Shown here: positions 8,008 to 16,921 of the stretch, one piece after another
Position numbering within the stretch: position 1 is the stretch's first letter
Layout of the letters: each line of letters opens with the position of its first letter
IMG/VR virus record: IMGVR_UViG_3300037313_000066
Span: 1-53,958 of that record
Length of the DNA stretch: 53,958 nt
Strand: one strand, 5' to 3'
Source: a virus
Taxonomy: Duplodnaviria; Caudoviricetes
Notes under the pieces: generated by a model
Seen by the model: only the letters and a program-made list of their open reading frames with translations
The model's database searches: none
What the model was told of the DNA's origin: nothing
Program-made: the position numbers and the translations under genes

Positions 8008-8492
8008 GCACCCTGATCGACACCGAGTACGAGTTCGGGGACCGCCTCGTGATCTGCGGTGACCTCGCCACCGAGGACTACGCCGGCCATCATGGCTTCG
8101 CTCTCGGCACCGAGGTCACCGTCGTCGACACGTTCCTGGACGAGGGCTACAACGTGGAGGACTCCCTCGGGAACCGATGGATCGTCCACTCGGACGACCT
8201 GATGCCCCTCGCGGAATATCAGGCCGAGGAGGCTCTCTCCCGCCTCCGAGCGATGCTCACCGAGTCCGCGCCTGCCACGCAGCAGGCCGAGGCCGACATG
8301 GTGAACCACCCGCCGCACTACAACGACCACCCCAGCGGGGTCGAGTGCATCCAGATCACCGAGCACATGAACTTCTGCCTCGGCAACGCAGTGAAGTACA
8401 TCTGGCGGGCCGACCTGAAGCACGACGCGATCGAGGACCTAGAGAAGGCCGTCTGGTACGTCCAGCGCGAGATCGCACGCCGTAAGGGCTGA
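8004..8492 (+). CDS. DUF3310 / T7 gp1.7-like protein with N-terminal SH3-like domain
   Basis: VNHPPHYN...ECI...FCLGNAVKYIWRA...EDLEKAVWY. Confidence 0.85.
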   Translation: MSTLIDTEYEFGDRLVICGDLATEDYAGHHGFALGTEVTVVDTFLDEGYNVEDSLGNRWIVHSDDLMPLAEYQAEEALSRLRAMLTESAPATQQAEADMVNHPPHYNDHPSGVECIQITEHMNFCLGNAVKYIWRADLKHDAIEDLEKAVWYVQREIARRKG

Positions 8493-8562
8493 GCCCTTGC
8501 ACCTACAGTGCACACGATGGTGTACTGTAGACATCGCCACCACAACAGACAGGAGCAACGCC

Positions 8563-9507
8563 ATGACCCAGACCGCTACCGAGACCATCACCCAGATCGA
8601 CACCGAGAACGTCATCACCGTCGAGGACGCCGAGGGTGCCAACGCCCTGCCGGCCGGCACCGTCCTGATCGAGTCGGACGGCGCTCCGGTCACGGTCCTC
8701 GCCAACGGCTCCTTCACGGGCCTCTCGGCTGACCTGATCGACGAGAGCTACGAGGGCTTCACCGCCGAGGAGATCTTCTACCCGGCCACCGTGCAGAACC
8801 CCGAGGTCCTCGGTGAGTTCGTCGACGCCGAGGTGCGCCATCCGCTGATCGGCCAGACCGTGAAGATGCTCGCGCCGATCGGCTGCTTCAAGGAGGGTGA
8901 CCTCGTGCAGGTCGTCGAGCATCACGACGACAAGGAGTACCCCTTCCTCGTGACCACCGACAGCATCGAGCACTGGCGGGTGCCGGTGCGCGAGAGCGAG
9001 TTCGCCCCGCTGGTCGAGGAGACCCCCGAGGAGGAGCCGCTGGCCGAGTGGGAGAAGGAGCTGCTCGGCCTCACGACGACCGAGACCTTCGACTTCACCT
9101 TCGAGCAGGCCGAGGGCTTCGAGGAGTTCTACAAGCTCATGTTCGGCGACGCCGACCCGACCACGGACACCCTCTTCCAGGTCGGGGACGAGGTGCGGAT
9201 CGCCCCGAACGCCTGTGCCCGCGACGAGGACGGCCAGATGGTTCTCGTCAACGAGGCCGTCCGCGACAAGACGGGTGTCGTCCAGGAGGTCCGCGTGTGG
9301 CCCGGTGTCAGTGGCCTGCACTACCTCGTCGGGCAGGTCGACGACGCCCCCGAGTGGCTCAGCCAGTGGATCGTCGAGGAGCACCTCGCCGTGAGCTACG
9401 CCGAGGGCGACCGGGTGCCGTACGACGAGTCGTTCACCGTCCCGAAGGGCTCGATCCTGCTCTTCGACGGCAAGCTGGAGGGCTTCAAGCTCATCCACCG
9501 CGCCTGA
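8563..9507 (+). CDS. Acidic multi-domain hypothetical protein
   Basis: RBS AGGAG; SH3-like segments; LAEWEKELL motif. Confidence 0.8.
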   Translation: MTQTATETITQIDTENVITVEDAEGANALPAGTVLIESDGAPVTVLANGSFTGLSADLIDESYEGFTAEEIFYPATVQNPEVLGEFVDAEVRHPLIGQTVKMLAPIGCFKEGDLVQVVEHHDDKEYPFLVTTDSIEHWRVPVRESEFAPLVEETPEEEPLAEWEKELLGLTTTETFDFTFEQAEGFEEFYKLMFGDADPTTDTLFQVGDEVRIAPNACARDEDGQMVLVNEAVRDKTGVVQEVRVWPGVSGLHYLVGQVDDAPEWLSQWIVEEHLAVSYAEGDRVPYDESFTVPKGSILLFDGKLEGFKLIHRA

Positions 9508-9525
9508 CGTGTGAACCGTAGAGCC

Positions 9526-9563
9526 GACCGGGGCAGGAGACTGTGGGGGCTTCTGCCCCGGTC
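9526..9563 (+). terminator. Stem-loop (terminator or processing site)
   Basis: GACCGGGGCAGGAG / CTTCTGCCCCGGTC; no U tail. Confidence 0.45.
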
Positions 9564-9585
9564 CTAAGCAGGGGAAGGAGGAGGT

Positions 9586-10071
9586 GTGGCACTCAAGTTC
9601 ACCGCCTCGCACCGCAAGCGCATCGCAGCGGTGCTGGAAGGCGACCACGAGAGCCTGGACGATGCCGTGGACGCGGTGATGGCTCTCATGGGAGACCTGA
9701 TCGAAGATCGAGCGTCCTTCGTGGTGGTGGGTCAGCTCTACGCGACCAGGGGCCGGCTTGACGTGCCCCCCTCCGACCCCGAAGCCGTCAAGGTGTGCCT
9801 CGGTCTCTACAGCACCGAGGGTGACGCCAGATCCGCCGCCGAGAGTCTCTGGACCTCCACCGCCAGCGGCGACTGCTTCAGGACGTGGTGGCTGCCCATC
9901 GAGCACGCCAGCCCTGCCGAGTGGCACAAGGGCCGCAAGGAGCACTACGCGGCTCTGGAGAAGAAGCGCGACGACGCCAACGCAGAGCGCATCAAGAAGT
10001 CGATCGAGAAGAGACAGGCCGAGGCGCAAGCCCGAGCCGACGCCCTGCGAGAGGAGCAGAACGCAGCATGA
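9586..10071 (+). CDS. Hypothetical protein with C-terminal coiled coil
   Basis: Strong RBS AAGGAGGAGG; GTG start. Confidence 0.8.
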   Translation: MALKFTASHRKRIAAVLEGDHESLDDAVDAVMALMGDLIEDRASFVVVGQLYATRGRLDVPPSDPEAVKVCLGLYSTEGDARSAAESLWTSTASGDCFRTWWLPIEHASPAEWHKGRKEHYAALEKKRDDANAERIKKSIEKRQAEAQARADALREEQNAA

Positions 10072-10232
10072 GTAGTTGGACCAAGACCCTGCACATCCAG
10101 GTCGAGAACTATGCCGTAGGGATCCGCCTGAGCGACCTCCGCAGGATCGTCGAGGAGACCAAGGGCTGGCCTGACGACCTCCAGGTCATGGAGGGCCGAC
10201 GCGAGATCAACGAGCTGGCGGTAGGGGAGTGA
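10068..10232 (+). CDS. Hypothetical protein (54 aa)
   Basis: ATGA overlap with upstream gene. Confidence 0.6.
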   Translation: MSSWTKTLHIQVENYAVGIRLSDLRRIVEETKGWPDDLQVMEGRREINELAVGE

Positions 10233-10435
10233 AGCGCCTCTGCATGTGCATCGTCATCGGCTCGATCCTCTGGGGATCGCTCATGGCACTGGAGGGGTGC
10301 GCCCCGGAGAGGCCGTGCGACCACGGCCACTACGACACGTACCTACAGCCGATCTTCAACGGCAAGACCACCACCTTCGTACCGATGCAGCAGTTCGTCT
10401 GCGATCAGTACGTCGACCAGAAGGGAGAGCAGTGA
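10229..10435 (+). CDS. Small membrane protein or lipoprotein
   Basis: Hydrophobic N-terminus with lipobox-like LEGC. Confidence 0.65.
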   Translation: MKRLCMCIVIGSILWGSLMALEGCAPERPCDHGHYDTYLQPIFNGKTTTFVPMQQFVCDQYVDQKGEQ

Positions 10436-11664
10436 CCGCCAAGGACCTGGCTCATCAGAGCCGATCCATCGCTCGCAAGGCCATCAAGGGCTACGCGACG
10501 TACGAGACCACCCGGCAGTCGGTGAACACGTTCCTCGACAAGAAGTGCCACACCTACAGGATCGACCAGGACTACGGCTACGACCTGTTCGAGGCGGCGA
10601 AGGATGTTGTCGAGGAGTATCGGGTCAACACGCCTCTCAGTCCTCGAAGCGACGACAACCACGTCAACAGCGCCTACCCGAACTTCGGCACCGGCTGGCT
10701 TCCGCTGACGATCCCCGGCGTCGCCCGCCTCGCCCAGGTGCGCCAGCCGCAGTACGACAGCCTGGAGTTCCGCACGCTGCTCAAGCGCGACATGTCGGCC
10801 CTGAAGGCGTACCTCAAGCTCCGCGAGCAGGAGTACGCCACCGACGAGCCCGAGCTCGACTTCTTCGACGTGCCCTCCAAGACGCAGATCATCGCGTGGG
10901 ACGCCAAGAACGGATGCTGGGACAGCCGGAAGAACCGCAACTCCCGCACCTTCAAGAGCGTCTTCCTGCCGAGCGGCATCCAGTCCGAGATCGAGGCCGA
11001 CCTCAAGGCGTTCACCGAGAGCCGTGAGCGGCTCACCCGGCTGGAGATGCCGTGGCGACGTGGCTACCTGCTCGAAGGCCCTCCCGGCACCGGCAAGACG
11101 AGCCTCTCGCTCACGATCGCCGGCTCGCTGGGCTTCCGCCTCGCGACCCTGAGCCTCACCGAGATCAAGGGTGACGCCGAGCTTCGTCAGGCGATCAACG
11201 CCCTCGGTGGTCGCTCGGTGCTCGTGATCGAGGACATCGACGCCTACTCGGTGAGCCACGACCGCGACCACAACAACGCGAAGGACGGTGCCCTCAGCCT
11301 GTCCGGCCTGCTCAACGCGCTAGACGGCTTCGAGACGCCAGACGGTCTGGTCACCATCGCGACCACGAACCACCTGGAGAAGCTCGACCCCGCGCTCGTC
11401 CGCTCGGGCCGGTTCGACCGGACCTTCACCCTCGACTACATAGAGGCTCCCGAGCTGGAGCGCCTGTTCCAGTGGTTCTACGAGAAGCCTGCCCCGTCGC
11501 CAGCCCCGATCGAGGTGCACGACGCCAAGATGGCTCCTGCCGAGGTGGCTGAGATCTTCAAGCAGCACCTGGACGACCCGCTGGCCGGCTGGAACGCCGT
11601 GCTGGAGGTCGTCGGTGTCGAGCCGGTCTCGCTTCCGAACTACCACTTCCCGATCGCCGCATGA
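10432..11664 (+). CDS. AAA+ ATPase (BCS1-like)
   Basis: WRRGYLLEGPPGTGKTS, VLVIEDID, LSGLLNALDG, LDPALVRSGRFD. Confidence 0.92.
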   Translation: MTAKDLAHQSRSIARKAIKGYATYETTRQSVNTFLDKKCHTYRIDQDYGYDLFEAAKDVVEEYRVNTPLSPRSDDNHVNSAYPNFGTGWLPLTIPGVARLAQVRQPQYDSLEFRTLLKRDMSALKAYLKLREQEYATDEPELDFFDVPSKTQIIAWDAKNGCWDSRKNRNSRTFKSVFLPSGIQSEIEADLKAFTESRERLTRLEMPWRRGYLLEGPPGTGKTSLSLTIAGSLGFRLATLSLTEIKGDAELRQAINALGGRSVLVIEDIDAYSVSHDRDHNNAKDGALSLSGLLNALDGFETPDGLVTIATTNHLEKLDPALVRSGRFDRTFTLDYIEAPELERLFQWFYEKPAPSPAPIEVHDAKMAPAEVAEIFKQHLDDPLAGWNAVLEVVGVEPVSLPNYHFPIAA

Positions 11665-11828
11665 GGATCGAGGAGAAGACCTACACGCTGGCCGAGGCGA
11701 GGGTCGAACTCAAGCGGCGGGAGTGTGTTGCCCACGGCCACGCCTGGGACATCATCAGCAGCGCTGCTGGCCCATTCCGGGCGATCTGCGGATGTGGGGC
11801 CGCTTACAGGATGGAGAGGATCACATGA
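11661..11828 (+). CDS. Hypothetical 55-aa protein (C-x3-GH...CxC)
   Basis: ATGA overlaps at both ends. Confidence 0.55.
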   Translation: MRIEEKTYTLAEARVELKRRECVAHGHAWDIISSAAGPFRAICGCGAAYRMERIT

Positions 11829-11968
11829 AGATCACCAGCAGCCTCAACGAGATCGAGGTCGACCTGAGGGCGATCGAGCGCGAGCTCATCACCCTGAACC
11901 GCACCCTCGCCCGCCTCGTCGCCGTGGCCGAGCTGCTCACGGCACCCATCAAGTTCATCGTTCGCTAA
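11825..11968 (+). CDS. Hypothetical 47-aa coiled-coil peptide
   Basis: RBS GGAGAGG; 3' part of ORF 11615..11968. Confidence 0.55.
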   Translation: MKITSSLNEIEVDLRAIERELITLNRTLARLVAVAELLTAPIKFIVR

Positions 11969-12002
11969 GTGTGAACCGTAGACCAAGGAGATCAATCACC
12001 AC

Positions 12003-12947
12003 ATGCTGTTCCTGACCATCGTCCTCGCGCTCATCGCGCTCATCGGCCTCGCCATCCTCATCGGCGGGCCGAAGGTCACCGTCGACAAGGGGCGCTCCTA
12101 TGAGCGCACCATCAGCGTCCGCATCTTCGGCACGATCCCGCTGGGCCTCGCGGTCCTGATCCTGCTCGGCATGTCCTTCACCCAGGTCCACGCCAAGGAG
12201 ATTGGTGTCGTCACCTCGGGTGGCAAGCCGGTCAACGAGCTCGGCGCTGGCATCCACCTGAAGGCCCCGTGGCAGCACGTCACCAAGATCAACGAGACGA
12301 TCTTCACCGACACCTACGCCAACGACCAGCAGATCCCGGTGCGCCTCGGTGACGGCAACACCGCGCAGGTCTCGGCCACGATCCGCTGGCACGTCGACCC
12401 GGCTGCTGCGCAGTACATCTTCAGCAACTACCGCTCGAACGACCCGGCTGAGTCCCTGCGTGACTCCGTGGTCGACACCCAGTTCAAGGCTGCCGTCAAC
12501 GACGTGCTCGCCCACTTCAACCCGACCTCGCTGATCCAGAGCGCCGGCTCCCAGAAGTCGACCGTCAACTTCACCCCCGACTACGACGCGCTCGGCAAGA
12601 GCATCACCGAGTCGATGAAGGGCCGCGTGATCGACGCCGAGGGCGTGCCGATGGTCGTCATGGACGGCATCACCGTCTCGGGCATCCAGTACAGCGCCGA
12701 CACCGAGGGCCGCATCAACGCCCTGATGGCTCAGGTCGCGAAGACCCAGCAGGCGATCCAGTCCGAGACCACGGCCAAGGCGCAGGCGCAGGCCAACCGC
12801 ATCCTGAGTTCGTCGCTGTCGCACGACCCGTACGTCCTGGTCTCCAAGTGCCTCGACGACCTCGCGGACGGCAAGTTCTCGGCCCCGGCTGGCTTCTCCT
12901 GCTGGCCCGGTGGCAACGGCTCCGTCGTGATCCCGAGCGGGCGCTGA
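12003..12947 (+). CDS. SPFH/Band-7 membrane protein
   Basis: Two N-terminal TM helices; EIGVVTSGGK...AGIHLKAPW; A/Q coiled coil; C-terminal CWPG. Confidence 0.88.
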   Translation: MLFLTIVLALIALIGLAILIGGPKVTVDKGRSYERTISVRIFGTIPLGLAVLILLGMSFTQVHAKEIGVVTSGGKPVNELGAGIHLKAPWQHVTKINETIFTDTYANDQQIPVRLGDGNTAQVSATIRWHVDPAAAQYIFSNYRSNDPAESLRDSVVDTQFKAAVNDVLAHFNPTSLIQSAGSQKSTVNFTPDYDALGKSITESMKGRVIDAEGVPMVVMDGITVSGIQYSADTEGRINALMAQVAKTQQAIQSETTAKAQAQANRILSSSLSHDPYVLVSKCLDDLADGKFSAPAGFSCWPGGNGSVVIPSGR

Positions 12948-13174
12948 TGGCCGAGTACAACCTCACGTTCCTCCAGACGGCATCGACGTACGTGACCGTC
13001 GAGGCCGATGACCTGGATGAGGCTCTCGACCTCGCCTACGAGCAGCTTCCTGGCGGCGTCTGTGCTCAGTGCTCTGGCTGGGGTCAGTCGCACTCGGGCA
13101 TCGACCTCGACGGCGACTGGGAGTTCGACGAGTCCTACTACACCGTCGACGGAGAGGAGATCCGAGGTGAGTGA
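12947..13174 (+). CDS. Small acidic CxxC protein
   Basis: TGATG coupling; GGVCAQCSGW. Confidence 0.7.
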   Translation: MAEYNLTFLQTASTYVTVEADDLDEALDLAYEQLPGGVCAQCSGWGQSHSGIDLDGDWEFDESYYTVDGEEIRGE

Positions 13175-13388
13175 AGCACTGCTCAAGGAGCTCGTCGCGG
13201 CCTTCAAGGAGGGCTGGGGCACGGCCAACTGGCTCGGCCTCGACGGCTCCCGCACCCTCATCGGCCTCGGTGAGGCCCTGCCCGTCGCGCTGCTCGCCTA
13301 CACCGAGTGGCTCGCCACCCTCGGTCTGCTCAACGACCGGATCTTCGACTGGGACGCGCTCGTCCTCGACTTCCTGAAGGAGGGCTAG
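13167..13388 (+). CDS. Hypothetical protein
   Basis: GTG start with RBS GAGGAG. Confidence 0.6.
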   Translation: MSEALLKELVAAFKEGWGTANWLGLDGSRTLIGLGEALPVALLAYTEWLATLGLLNDRIFDWDALVLDFLKEG

Positions 13389-13585
13389 TGACCCTCGAAG
13401 CCGCCCTGCTGCACGAGGTCTCCGTGATCCAGCGGGACAAGACGCTGCTGCTCGTGCGGGATGCCATCGACAGCATCCCGGTCGACATGGAGGACCGCCA
13501 GCGCTCGTGGGGGCGCGTTGACCGGAAAGCCGTCGACTTCAAGCGCGATCTGCTCCACCGACTCGAAACCCTGAAGGAGGGCTGA
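13388..13585 (+). CDS. Hypothetical protein
   Basis: TAGTG coupling; RBS AAGGAGG. Confidence 0.65.
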   Translation: MTLEAALLHEVSVIQRDKTLLLVRDAIDSIPVDMEDRQRSWGRVDRKAVDFKRDLLHRLETLKEG

Positions 13586-14874
13586 TGAAGTTCGACGCCA
13601 TCAAGAACCCCAACTACGTCGCGACCGTCGTACGCATCGAGGCGGACAGCCTCTACTCGGTGCCCGGTCTCGACAACCTGCTCGGCTACAGCAAGTTCGG
13701 GATGCAGGCCCTCGTGTCGAAGGACACCGCGCCGGGTCTCTACATCCTGTTCTCCACCGAGGTCCAGCTCAGTGAGGACTTCGCTCGGGCGAACAACCTC
13801 CACCGTGAGGCCACGCTGAACGCCGACCAGAACGTCACCGGCTACCTGGAGCAGAACCGCCGCGTGAAGGCGATCAAGCTGAAGGGCAACCGCTCGGACT
13901 CCCTGCTCATGCCGCTGGACAGCCTGAGCTATCTGGGGCCGAAGGGGATCTTCAACGAGGGCGACGTGTTCGACTCGATCGACGGCCAGGAGATCTGCCG
14001 GAAGTACCTCGCCAAGGAGCCCAAGGAGAACAACGGCAACCAGCCGAAGGCGCGGGTGCGTCGGGTCGACGAGAAGGTCTTCCCGCAGCACATCGACAGC
14101 GAGAACTACTGGCGGAACGAGCACAAGATCCCGCTCGACGCTCACCTGATCGTCACTCAGAAGCTCCACGGCACCTCGGTTCGGTACGGCCACGTGCCGG
14201 CCCTGATCGACGAGTCCGAGCAGAAGTGGTGGGAGAAGCTCCTGCGTCGTCCGCTGCGCAGCGAGTACCGCTTCATCGTCGGCAGCCGCCGCACGGTCAA
14301 GTCGCTCGACCTCAAGCCCGAGGACGGCAAGAACAACTACTACGCCGATGGTGACCTCTGGACCCGCTACGCCGACGAGAACCGTCTCGCGGACCGCATC
14401 CCGAAGGACCACATCGTCTACGGCGAGCTCGTGGGCTTCACGAGCAAGGGCTCCCCGATCCAGAAGAACTACACCTACGACCTGCCGGACGGCGAGGCGG
14501 CTCTGTTCGTCTACCGGGTGGCCGTGGTCACCGCCGAGGGTCACGTCGTCGACTACTCGCACGACCAGATGGTGCAGTTCTGCCACGAGCGCGGCCTCGC
14601 AACAGTGCCCGAGCTCTGGCGGGGGCTCGCGGCGGACTTCAACGCGGACAGCTTCATCGAGCGCCGGTACTACGACGAGTGGAAGAACGTCTTCGACTAC
14701 TTCCCCGAGTGCCCGGTCCCGCTGTCGCACCCCAAGCTCGTCGACGAGGGCGTCTGCGTGCGCCTCGACGGCCAGCACGGCGTCTATGTCCTGAAGGCCA
14801 AGAGCCCGTCGTTCCTGGAGCACGAGACCAAGATGCTCGACACCGGGGCTGAGGACCTGGAGGCGGCAGCGTGA
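13585..14874 (+). CDS. ATP-dependent RNA ligase (Rnl2/DRB0094-like)
   Basis: Motif I QKLHGTS, III YGELVG, IIIa LFVYRV, IV DEGVCVR, V LKAKS; extra N-terminal domain. Confidence 0.88.
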   Translation: MKFDAIKNPNYVATVVRIEADSLYSVPGLDNLLGYSKFGMQALVSKDTAPGLYILFSTEVQLSEDFARANNLHREATLNADQNVTGYLEQNRRVKAIKLKGNRSDSLLMPLDSLSYLGPKGIFNEGDVFDSIDGQEICRKYLAKEPKENNGNQPKARVRRVDEKVFPQHIDSENYWRNEHKIPLDAHLIVTQKLHGTSVRYGHVPALIDESEQKWWEKLLRRPLRSEYRFIVGSRRTVKSLDLKPEDGKNNYYADGDLWTRYADENRLADRIPKDHIVYGELVGFTSKGSPIQKNYTYDLPDGEAALFVYRVAVVTAEGHVVDYSHDQMVQFCHERGLATVPELWRGLAADFNADSFIERRYYDEWKNVFDYFPECPVPLSHPKLVDEGVCVRLDGQHGVYVLKAKSPSFLEHETKMLDTGAEDLEAAA

Positions 14875-15290
14875 ACCTCGCAACCCTGCTGGGCAAGCTC
14901 AAGCTCTACAAGGTCACCAACTGGGACGAGGCATACGTCGATCTCGACTACTCGGAGGAGACCCGCGTTGAGGCCGAGCTCGACGCGGCCAACGTCGCGT
15001 CGTCCGAGATCGAAGGCCCGTTCATCCTGACTGATCTGTTCAGTCCGAAGCCGAAGGGGCCGTACCACGCGCTCCTGCTGGACCTGGACGTACCGGCCTT
15101 CCTCGTGCCGTCGAGCACTGAGGGGCACAGCCACCTGTACGTCGATGTCCAGATCCCCGAAGACGACTACTTCCACCTGCTCGACCAGCTCGCGAAGTGC
15201 GGCGTGATCCAGAAGGGCTACGCCGAGATGAGCAAGAGAAAGGGAGGCACCGCCCTGCGGTTGCCGTGGATCAAGAAGGAGGCAGCATGA
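14871..15290 (+). CDS. Hypothetical protein with DxD and SSTxGHxHLY motifs (AEP/HUH-like?)
   Basis: LLLDLD...PSSTEGHSHLYVD. Confidence 0.75.
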   Translation: MNLATLLGKLKLYKVTNWDEAYVDLDYSEETRVEAELDAANVASSEIEGPFILTDLFSPKPKGPYHALLLDLDVPAFLVPSSTEGHSHLYVDVQIPEDDYFHLLDQLAKCGVIQKGYAEMSKRKGGTALRLPWIKKEAA

Positions 15291-15625
15291 GCGAGCTCAC
15301 CATCACCCCGCAGATCATCAACGACATGGCTGACCACATCGAGAGGGTCGGACTCAACAAGGGCTCGTACTTCAAGGACGTGCCCATCCGAAACGTTTGG
15401 TACGACACCTCCGTCGCGGCAAACGTTCCCTGCTGCACCCTCGGCGCGCTGCACTACGTCGTCGCAAGTGACTCAGCGAAGGTGGCTTACAGCATGGAGG
15501 ACGAACTGGCCCAGTTGCTCGACGTCGACTTCATCCCGACCTGGAACGACAAGCCGAGCCAGCGCAAGTCTCGTGTCGTCGCCCGTCTTCGCAAGGCTGC
15601 TGCCGCCCTGGAGGCCGCAGCGTGA
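15287..15625 (+). CDS. Hypothetical actinophage protein (CxxGA...WND)
   Basis: RBS AAGGAGG; ATGA overlap. Confidence 0.75.
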   Translation: MSELTITPQIINDMADHIERVGLNKGSYFKDVPIRNVWYDTSVAANVPCCTLGALHYVVASDSAKVAYSMEDELAQLLDVDFIPTWNDKPSQRKSRVVARLRKAAAALEAAA

Positions 15626-16533
15626 GCACCCTAGTCATCACCCGTGGCCTGCCCGGTGCAGGTAAGACCACCTTCGCCAAGCAGTGGGTCACCGAGGAGC
15701 CCAAGCGTGCTCGGGTCAACCGGGACGACCTGCGGCGGATGTTGTTCGTCAACCCGAACTACGGCGAGGAGCAGGAGAAGCTCGTCACCACGTTCCAGCG
15801 GGACACGATCAAGCACCTGCTCAAGGCGGGCTACGACGTGATCGCGGACGACACCAACTTGCCAGCGAAGCGCTGCCGGGAGTGGTTCCGGTTCGCTGCC
15901 GCGCATCGTGCGGTGTTCGGGGTCAAGGACTTCGAGATCTCCGTCGAGGAGAGCATCGCCCGACAGGCCAATCGGCCCGAGCAGGAGCAGGTCGCCCCGC
16001 ACGTGATCTACGGCATGGCTCGCTTCCTGCGGGACGGCAAGCTCCAGCAGCCCGACTACTCGATCGACGCCGGCAGGACGTTCCGCGTGGAGCCGTACGA
16101 GCCGGACATCTCGAAGCCTGCGGCGATCATCGTCGACATCGATGGGACGCTCGCGTTGCACGACCGCCGCAGCCCGTACGACCTGTCGCTCGTCCACACG
16201 GACAAGCCGAACCCTCCGGTCGTCGAGGCCGTGGTCGACGCCTTCTGCCAGGGCAAGCAGATCATCTTCCTGTCGGGTCGAGAGGACAGCTCTCGCAAGG
16301 AGACCGAGGAGTGGCTGCACGAGCACGTCCTCGATCGCCGGTACCACGCCGGCCTGCACATGCGAGCGACTGGCGATGGTCGGAAGGACTCGATCGTCAA
16401 GCAGGAGCTCTTCGACAAGCACGTCCGCTACGACTACAACGTGGTCTACGTGCTCGACGATCGCCAGCAGGTCGTGGACATGTGGCGGGAGATCGGCCTG
16501 ACGTGTCTCCAGGTAGCACCGGGGGAGTTCTGA
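15622..16533 (+). CDS. Polynucleotide 5'-kinase/3'-phosphatase (T4 PseT-like)
   Basis: P-loop GLPGAGKTT, RVNRDDLR; HAD motifs DIDGT, LSGR, LDDR. Confidence 0.93.
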   Translation: MSTLVITRGLPGAGKTTFAKQWVTEEPKRARVNRDDLRRMLFVNPNYGEEQEKLVTTFQRDTIKHLLKAGYDVIADDTNLPAKRCREWFRFAAAHRAVFGVKDFEISVEESIARQANRPEQEQVAPHVIYGMARFLRDGKLQQPDYSIDAGRTFRVEPYEPDISKPAAIIVDIDGTLALHDRRSPYDLSLVHTDKPNPPVVEAVVDAFCQGKQIIFLSGREDSSRKETEEWLHEHVLDRRYHAGLHMRATGDGRKDSIVKQELFDKHVRYDYNVVYVLDDRQQVVDMWREIGLTCLQVAPGEF

Positions 16534-16634
16534 TGGAGGAGGAGTACGAGGACCCATGCCCCTGCTGGTGCGACATGTGCGGATGTCACGGCTACTGCGA
16601 GGAAGACCTGGACGAAGAGGTGGAGGACGAGTGA
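16533..16634 (+). CDS. 33-aa acidic Cys-rich peptide
   Basis: TGATG coupling; MEEEYEDPCPCWCDMCGCHGYCEEDLDEEVEDE. Confidence 0.55.
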   Translation: MEEEYEDPCPCWCDMCGCHGYCEEDLDEEVEDE

Positions 16635-16792
16635 CCGACAAGCTGTTCAACGCCATCGCCATCGCGATCGCCGCACTGGTGGTCATCGCGATCATCGGCG
16701 GTTCGATCTGGTTCCGCGCATCAGTGCCGTGCAAGTACGTCGACTGGATGCCGGCGAAGGAGGTTCCGACACGTTGCCTCATTCAGCGATGA
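16631..16792 (+). CDS. Single-TM protein with C-x14-C tail
   Basis: GTGA overlap; TM helix; CKYVDWMPAKEVPTRC. Confidence 0.7.
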   Translation: MTDKLFNAIAIAIAALVVIAIIGGSIWFRASVPCKYVDWMPAKEVPTRCLIQR

Positions 16793-16881
16793 AGCCCAAC
16801 ATCATCAGCGAGATCATCGTCTTCGACGAGGACGGAAACGAATGGCCGTACGAGCCTGAGCTGCTCGACATGGCTGCATAG
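16789..16881 (+). CDS. 30-aa acidic peptide
   Basis: ATGA overlap; ends at the terminator. Confidence 0.45.
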   Translation: MKPNIISEIIVFDEDGNEWPYEPELLDMAA

Positions 16882-16915
16882 CAAAGGCCCCTACCGAACT
16901 GGTAGGGGCCTTGCT
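16880..16915. terminator. Bidirectional terminator between the convergent arms
   Basis: AAGGCCCCTACC-GAACT-GGTAGGGGCCTT 12-bp stem. Confidence 0.85.
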
Positions 16916-16921
16916 GTGTTT

